DNA of 64,000 nt from an uncultured virus (IMG/VR IMGVR_UViG_3300008116_000021) (taxonomy: Duplodnaviria > Heunggongvirae > Uroviricota > Caudoviricetes): IMG/VR virus record IMGVR_UViG_3300008116_000021; one strand, given 5' to 3'. A program made the position numbers and the translations under genes. Below, one piece after another: positions 58,845-64,000 of this stretch (positions within the stretch are counted from its first letter, which is position 1; each line of letters begins with the position of its first letter). The notes beneath the pieces were generated by a model. The model searched no databases. It had not been told where the DNA came from and was given only the letters and a program-made list of their open reading frames with translations.

Positions 58845-59056
58845 ACTTCAGGGTTCTCCAAGTCTTTACAACGGGGGTAGAAAATGCCATCACGATAGCA
58901 GGCATTTTCGGGGTCTTGTGGATCATATTTTGTCACTTTTGCTGGATAATCTCTAATATTACAGAGTTCTCCTTGTCTGTGTAGGTAATTATCAAGGCAT
59001 AAACCGCCAACAAATGGAGCAAGACCTTGTAGCATATAGAGTGTATACATCAGCAC
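58811..59056 (-). CDS. Cys-containing hypothetical protein
   Basis: ACYRDGIFYPRCKDL. Confidence 0.55.
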   Translation of the reverse strand: MLMYTLYMLQGLAPFVGGLCLDNYLHRQGELCNIRDYPAKVTKYDPQDPENACYRDGIFYPRCKDLENPEVWHYHNLLKNR

Positions 59057-59679
59057 TCATCAGATCCAAGTGGTTTAGTAGATTTACGAATGGTATAAGA
59101 ACCATCGTTGTTATCAATCCAATGGACTGCATCACCTTCTTTGAGGTCTGCTGCTTCTAACAAGTCTTGTGGGAATGAAACAAAGTATTCTGTTTCATCA
59201 GTATCCATATCCTTTGCTTCTTGAACAGGAAGAATCCATCGGGTCACAACATCTTTTTTGACTTCTGGTGTCCATTCATATCCACCTGCTTTACGGATTT
59301 CTTCTACTTGAGCATCAAGTTCTGCTTTATCACACATCGCATCAAGTTCTTCATCAGTATATCGCACACTACTTACAGTCGTGCCCCAATCTTGAGAAAG
59401 ATACTCTAAGTCACTATGTCCCCAAGGAGGCATACAATCTTCTTCTAATTTTTTATTTTCTTTTACTACAGTTTCCTGCCAAGCAAGTTTAAACTTCTCA
59501 TCAAACTCGCTCAGATAATACTCAAGAAACTCATACGCAGCAGACATCATAGTTTCTGCTTTATCATACTGATGTTCTTGAATTTTATCGATCGCAGCGT
59601 CAATAATCTCACGAGCGGAACAAATCTTGGATGTTACCATCTCAAGATCGTTCATTGTGTCCCATACTTTACTTACCAT
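59050..59679 (-). CDS. Protein with C-terminal AbrB-like domain
   Basis: YFVSFPQDLLEAADLKEGDAVHWIDNNDGSYTIRK. Confidence 0.7.
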   Translation of the reverse strand: MVSKVWDTMNDLEMVTSKICSAREIIDAAIDKIQEHQYDKAETMMSAAYEFLEYYLSEFDEKFKLAWQETVVKENKKLEEDCMPPWGHSDLEYLSQDWGTTVSSVRYTDEELDAMCDKAELDAQVEEIRKAGGYEWTPEVKKDVVTRWILPVQEAKDMDTDETEYFVSFPQDLLEAADLKEGDAVHWIDNNDGSYTIRKSTKPLGSDEC

Positions 59680-59836
59680 GACGTTTGAGTTCTTCTTCAA
59701 TTGCTTGCTGTACTATAACTGAAACTTCTTTGGATGTCAACCCATTCAACCATTTCCAGTTTGGGTCTTCTGGATCCCAGTCCATTGTGAACGACCCATC
59801 CTCATTCTGTGTTATCTTAAGACTATCAGCAGTCAT
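59669..59836 (-). CDS. 55-aa hypothetical protein (absent from ORF track)
   Basis: MTADSLKITQNEDGSFTMDWDPEDPNWKWLNGLTSKEVSVIVQQAIEEELKRHGK. Confidence 0.6.
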   Translation of the reverse strand: MTADSLKITQNEDGSFTMDWDPEDPNWKWLNGLTSKEVSVIVQQAIEEELKRHGK

Positions 59837-60011
59837 CGCAGTCAGTATCCTTGTGTTTCTTACGAATTTTTTTAAGTTGTTTGAGTTCTTCCTTAATCAT
59901 TTTATAAGCAGCATCACTATCAATCTTATCACCTATTTCTAGAGCAACAATAATGTCCACACGAGTTCCAAAATGTGCTAGTGCTTTTTCAAAACAATCT
60001 AGATCATACAT
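59826..60011 (-). CDS. Hypothetical protein
   Basis: FEKALAHFGTRVDIIVALEIGDKI...AYKMIK. Confidence 0.65.
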   Translation of the reverse strand: MYDLDCFEKALAHFGTRVDIIVALEIGDKIDSDAAYKMIKEELKQLKKIRKKHKDTDCDDC

Positions 60012-60243
60012 TGTCTTTAGTCTCCTTAATCCATTGTTCTGCTGTCAAAATATCTATGCGAGCATCAACAGCATCAATAGAATTCATCAGTTCATACAAA
60101 CAATTAGATGTTTCTACGTTTTCTGCTTCAAGTGCAGTAATTCTATCCTGAAGTTCAATCAACTTTGAATAAGTGTCAATTTCTTCAACAATAAGTTTTT
60201 GTGAAGGAGCAAAAAACCAATCAACAAATCGCCTAATCATCAT
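60004..60243 (-). CDS. Coiled-coil hypothetical protein
   Basis: LEAENVETSNCLYELMNSI. Confidence 0.6.
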   Translation of the reverse strand: MMIRRFVDWFFAPSQKLIVEEIDTYSKLIELQDRITALEAENVETSNCLYELMNSIDAVDARIDILTAEQWIKETKDNV

Positions 60244-60390
60244 AATACACCTACAGATTTTAGATAGTTACGATAACTCATATATCGTCTTATGCTTGGT
60301 TGATTCTTCACATCTAGTTGATGGCAAATTTCACAATAACACAACCACTCATACCAGGGTGTGGTAGGATCTAACTCATGATATGGGTAA

Positions 60391-60597
60391 TCAGAGTTTT
60401 CCACCTACTTGCCCATCATAAGTTTTGGTTTCAGGCCAACCTTCCTGCCGTCCTTTAAGATAAAAACGGGTGCCTGATATACATGACTCTTCAGTGAGAG
60501 CCGTGACCAATCCTTTTCCTTCAAGGTCTGTTGAATCCCATAGTCCATACTTTTTTTTCTCAACATAAAAGCAATCGTCAATTAGTTTCTTTTCCAT
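60391..60597 (-). CDS. Hypothetical protein
   Basis: IDDCFYV...TRFYLK...YDGQVGGKL. Confidence 0.65.
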   Translation of the reverse strand: MEKKLIDDCFYVEKKKYGLWDSTDLEGKGLVTALTEESCISGTRFYLKGRQEGWPETKTYDGQVGGKL

Positions 60598-60741
60598 CTT
60601 TGTTTATGTAGGGATGAGGTGCATAAAGAGGACCAGGATAATTTCCAGCAAACTTTTGATACGCTTTAAGTGCAGCAATTACCTCTGGGGTCTCCTCCCA
60701 GTTCCACTCATTACCATTTTTGTCAGTAAAAGTTCTTAAAG

Positions 60742-61776
60742 TCATAGAGTAATCCAGCGATTGTTTTTAAGTGTCCATTGAGTTACTTCTGCGATACGTT
60801 CTCTAACAGACTTAGAAGGAACCCATCCCAGTTGCTTCATTTTATCACCATCAAGGGCATAACGCAAATCATGTCCAGGACGAGAAGAATGAAAATCTAC
60901 CAAATCATACTTCAGTTCTTTTCCTTGGGCTTCGGCAATGATTTGTGCAAGTTCCAAGTTATTGAGCTCTTCCGCTCCGACAATGTTAAACTTAGGACAC
61001 TTAGCATTACCCCAAGTAGGTTCGAACTTACCCTCATAATTTAACAGAAATAGAACAGCAGATGCGACATCTTCGGCATGAATGTAATGGCGAGAACCAG
61101 GAATCGTTCTGGTAGAATCACTATGAATCGTCACATTTTCACCATCACGAATCCGTTTGATGCACATCGGAATATACTTCTCAGGATGTTGACGCTCACC
61201 AAACACATTCATTGTGTGGGTGATGTAAATTGGAAGATTATATGTATTTTCATAAGCAACAGCAAGTTCTTCACCACCTGCCTTGGTTGCACTATAAGGA
61301 TTAGTCGAATTATAACGATCATTCTCCTTATATTTGATTCCGTTTGGTGCAGGACCAAAAACTTCATCAGTACCAAAATAGACAAATCGTTCCAGATTAT
61401 CTTTCTGAAGACGTGCAAATTCAAGAATGTTACAGGTCGCAACAACATTATCCATGACAAATTCCATGGGATAAAGAATGCTACGATCAACATGAGATCC
61501 AGCAGCAAGGTGTAGAATGTAATCTACATTACCAATCTCAGAGCGAACCAAAGGATTGAGTTCTGCCTTCAAATCATGGTGAACAATCTTCACACGCTTA
61601 CGAACTTCAGGATCAAATGAAAGCATCAGATCGTGAAGACGATTTAGATTTCCACTATAATCAAGACGATCAAGTGTGATCACTTCCCAATCAGTTGTCT
61701 TGAGAATTTGTCCAATCAGATGGTGAGCAATGAAACCTGCACCACCAGTAATAAGTGCTCTTTTAGTCATAGTCAT
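60742..61776 (-). CDS. rmlB: dTDP-glucose 4,6-dehydratase (RmlB-like NAD-dependent epimerase/dehydratase)
   Basis: ITGGAGFI, HLAAGSHVDRSI, TDEV, YSATK, QHPEKYIP, RPGHDLRYAL. Confidence 0.9.
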   Translation of the reverse strand: MTMTKRALITGGAGFIAHHLIGQILKTTDWEVITLDRLDYSGNLNRLHDLMLSFDPEVRKRVKIVHHDLKAELNPLVRSEIGNVDYILHLAAGSHVDRSILYPMEFVMDNVVATCNILEFARLQKDNLERFVYFGTDEVFGPAPNGIKYKENDRYNSTNPYSATKAGGEELAVAYENTYNLPIYITHTMNVFGERQHPEKYIPMCIKRIRDGENVTIHSDSTRTIPGSRHYIHAEDVASAVLFLLNYEGKFEPTWGNAKCPKFNIVGAEELNNLELAQIIAEAQGKELKYDLVDFHSSRPGHDLRYALDGDKMKQLGWVPSKSVRERIAEVTQWTLKNNRWITL

Positions 61777-62103
61777 TCTTCAAATTTGTAACTAAGTTTA
61801 ATATCTTTTTTCTTTAGTTTGTAGCGATCAATGTGCTTTTGTCGGTGTGCTTCTGATTCAAAGTAACATTTGCGAGTCTCATTCCCTTCCTTATACACAA
61901 GTTTCCAAGGGAATCCGTCAAAGGGGAATTCTTCAGTGTGTTCCATTAAGTTGGTTGTTCTCTCCGTTGAGTATACACTGAATCAAACAATTCGTCAAGC
62001 ACTTCCCCACACTCAACATAAGTTTTAGGGTCATATGTACTCTGTTCTTGATAACGGCGAACCGCAGTATAAATGAGTCTATATTGTTCAGATGTAAAGT
62101 CCA

Positions 62104-62877
62104 TTAGAAAAAAATCCTCCAAATACCATCACAAAGTAATCCATGTCCTTGCATTGTAATTCTCCTTTCATTTTCTTCAAGAGATATGAAAGGTGCAATC
62201 TGATGAAGCAATACTCCTTTAAAGAAGAAAGATTCTCCAAGATTATATGATACCACACTATCTGGTGGTCTATGATTTAGATACTCTTGATAGTGACTTA
62301 AACCCCTGACATAATCAGATAGTTCTTTATTCGTATCATATTGTTTTAGTACAGATTCATCCCATATTGCTAATCCACTACCACATTTAGGAGATTCAAG
62401 AAGCAATGTCCAGGTTAATGAATTATGAATTGTTACATCCTTGAATTTTGCCCATACCATCCTTGCTTTTTGATGTGCATATGGTCTATCCTCATGAATT
62501 TTAAATAAAGGTTTTTGACTCAACTTCATTGTGAGTTTATTATTTAATTGTCCAGGAGGGTGCCCAAGTACATGAAACCCAGGATGACCAAGATCATCTA
62601 TAATTTCACATGGTCCTATCTGCTCAGTAAGTTTTTCAATGACAAGATCATAAATCCATTCGAAATTCTTTTTCAAAATTGGATTCATTTTATTCATCTG
62701 GGCAGTATATCTTTCAGAATGAGTCATTCCTTCTTGATAACTGGTGGACCCTATGGTATAAAAATCCCAGGGTTCTGGTTCTCTCCTGACCCAATATTCA
62801 TAAAGGTCATCAACAATACCTACAGCAGTTTTACATTGTTCATCATTGAGAACTTTTATAAATCCATGTCTTTTCAT
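62104..62877 (-). CDS. 2OG-Fe(II) oxygenase
   Basis: PGFHV, HED (HxD), LHQIAP, RITMQGHG. Confidence 0.75.
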   Translation of the reverse strand: MKRHGFIKVLNDEQCKTAVGIVDDLYEYWVRREPEPWDFYTIGSTSYQEGMTHSERYTAQMNKMNPILKKNFEWIYDLVIEKLTEQIGPCEIIDDLGHPGFHVLGHPPGQLNNKLTMKLSQKPLFKIHEDRPYAHQKARMVWAKFKDVTIHNSLTWTLLLESPKCGSGLAIWDESVLKQYDTNKELSDYVRGLSHYQEYLNHRPPDSVVSYNLGESFFFKGVLLHQIAPFISLEENERRITMQGHGLLCDGIWRIFF

Positions 62878-63269
62878 CGACCAGTAATATCTGCATAGTC
62901 TTGAAGTTTACCATATCTAAAGTGTAATCTCAAGCGGGGCCAATCTTCCCACTTACCCTCCCATTCAGCAGGATACACTTCGACATACTTGGTGATATGA
63001 TGTGGTTGAAATTTGCCATGCTGACCAGTTGGAATCCATTCAAAGTTTAGAAACCTTGCTGTATCATTATATCGCTCATCATCCTCTGAGATTGTCTCAA
63101 AGGTATGTGTGCCATTATAACTTGGATACCACAACTGACCACTGGGATCTAACCAGTAGTCAGTCATTGTACCACCAATACCCTCTTCGATGTCTTTGGT
63201 TTGGCACACTACATTAGTGAACTGCTTACCCAAATCATAGGATGATCTAAAATAATCAAACATTCCCAT
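62874..63269 (-). CDS. Hypothetical protein
   Basis: MGMFDY...QTKDI...YWLDPSGQL. Confidence 0.7.
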   Translation of the reverse strand: MGMFDYFRSSYDLGKQFTNVVCQTKDIEEGIGGTMTDYWLDPSGQLWYPSYNGTHTFETISEDDERYNDTARFLNFEWIPTGQHGKFQPHHITKYVEVYPAEWEGKWEDWPRLRLHFRYGKLQDYADITGR

Positions 63270-63271
63270 TC

Positions 63272-63745
63272 TTATTCTCCAAGTGTATGAATGACTGGTT
63301 TTTCGTGTGCTAGAATATGATATAGATCTTTATTTTTTGCTGCTGATACTGGAACAAACTCCGTCTCTGGATCAAACTCATCATCACGAATGGCTTGATT
63401 GATGACAATAGAACCATCAGCACCAGAATATGAACGATGGAAAGTCATTTTAGGGATGACTAGAGCGCCTGAACTGCGATTTAAATGAACGATATGGTAA
63501 GGGTAACGCCATTCTGGATTGACAAGTTCAAATGTGCGAAGTCCAGATAGCACACGATTGTGGTCTATCTGGTGATAGTGAATATAAAATTGTTTGGCGC
63601 CTACAATATCATCTGGTGGTGAGATAGCAGCACCAGTATGACATACAAGGTCTTGTGCATTAGATCCATCTACTGAAATATCATAGAATACAACCGCTTC
63701 TGTTTCACGGAATACTCTGTGTTTTTTGAATTGAACTTCGCTCAT
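63272..63745 (-). CDS. Cupin-fold protein (RmlC-like)
   Basis: FYIHYHQIDHNRVLSGLRTFEL...ALVIPKMTFHRS. Confidence 0.7.
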   Translation of the reverse strand: MSEVQFKKHRVFRETEAVVFYDISVDGSNAQDLVCHTGAAISPPDDIVGAKQFYIHYHQIDHNRVLSGLRTFELVNPEWRYPYHIVHLNRSSGALVIPKMTFHRSYSGADGSIVINQAIRDDEFDPETEFVPVSAAKNKDLYHILAHEKPVIHTLGE

Positions 63746-63939
63746 TAGTCGTAAACGTTTTGCTCCTGTTGTATTCTATCTAGGTGATGGTAAATCGTCT
63801 CTTGAGAGTACTTAAATTCTTCAAATCTTTGTGGATTATTTTTCTGCATTTTGGTAAGCATATTAATCCATTGATATCGACTATCAACGACCCAACCATA
63901 ACGTCGTTCGTCTTGCATCATGTCGTAAATGGAAATCAT
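63745..63939 (-). CDS. Hypothetical protein
   Basis: 64 aa; TAATG coupling to the cupin gene. Confidence 0.55.
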   Translation of the reverse strand: MISIYDMMQDERRYGWVVDSRYQWINMLTKMQKNNPQRFEEFKYSQETIYHHLDRIQQEQNVYD

Positions 63940-64000
63940 TGGAACCCCTTCGTTTTCTTTTTCTTCTGTGGAATGTCAAGAACTTCAATGTGACTTAAAA

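Noticed and set aside
741..63993. Plus-strand ORFs in the six-frame track (e.g. 5914..6543, 22304..22894, 42353..43177, 51756..52436)
   Set aside because: They are antisense shadows of well-supported minus-strand genes and have no recognisable motifs
1..64000. tRNA genes, group I introns, inteins, reverse transcriptase/DGR, transposases
   Set aside because: None recognised by eye; tRNAscan-SE and Infernal would be needed to exclude RNA genes

Overview
A 64-kb segment of a T4-like cyanophage (Kyanoviridae-type myovirus); essentially all genes are on the minus strand. Bases 1-37.5 kb are the AT-rich virion module (g20 partial, g19, g18, g17, g16, g15, g14, g13, a large VrlC-like structural protein, g8, a 4403-aa g7, g6, g25) with T4-type late promoters. 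Bases 37.6-40 kb carry speD, a GT-A-like protein and an AbrB-like regulator. From about 40.1 to 55 kb lies a more GC-rich early/accessory region of small ORFs, many in cassettes headed by a sigma70-like promoter with a 24-bp inverted repeat at fixed spacing. It includes a repeat-rich, origin-like locus (44.4-45.3 kb), an Hpy188I-like GIY-YIG nuclease coupled to an adenine methyltransferase, RlpA and CP12. Bases 55.4-58.6 kb hold a lone FabF-type ketosynthase next to three tandem AspH/LpxO-type hydroxylases, and sugar-nucleotide enzymes plus another 2OG-Fe(II) oxygenase follow. Two core genes look anomalous (45-bp duplication in g17, apparent deletion in g19), possibly assembly errors. All family calls are motif recognition by eye; no database searches were run.
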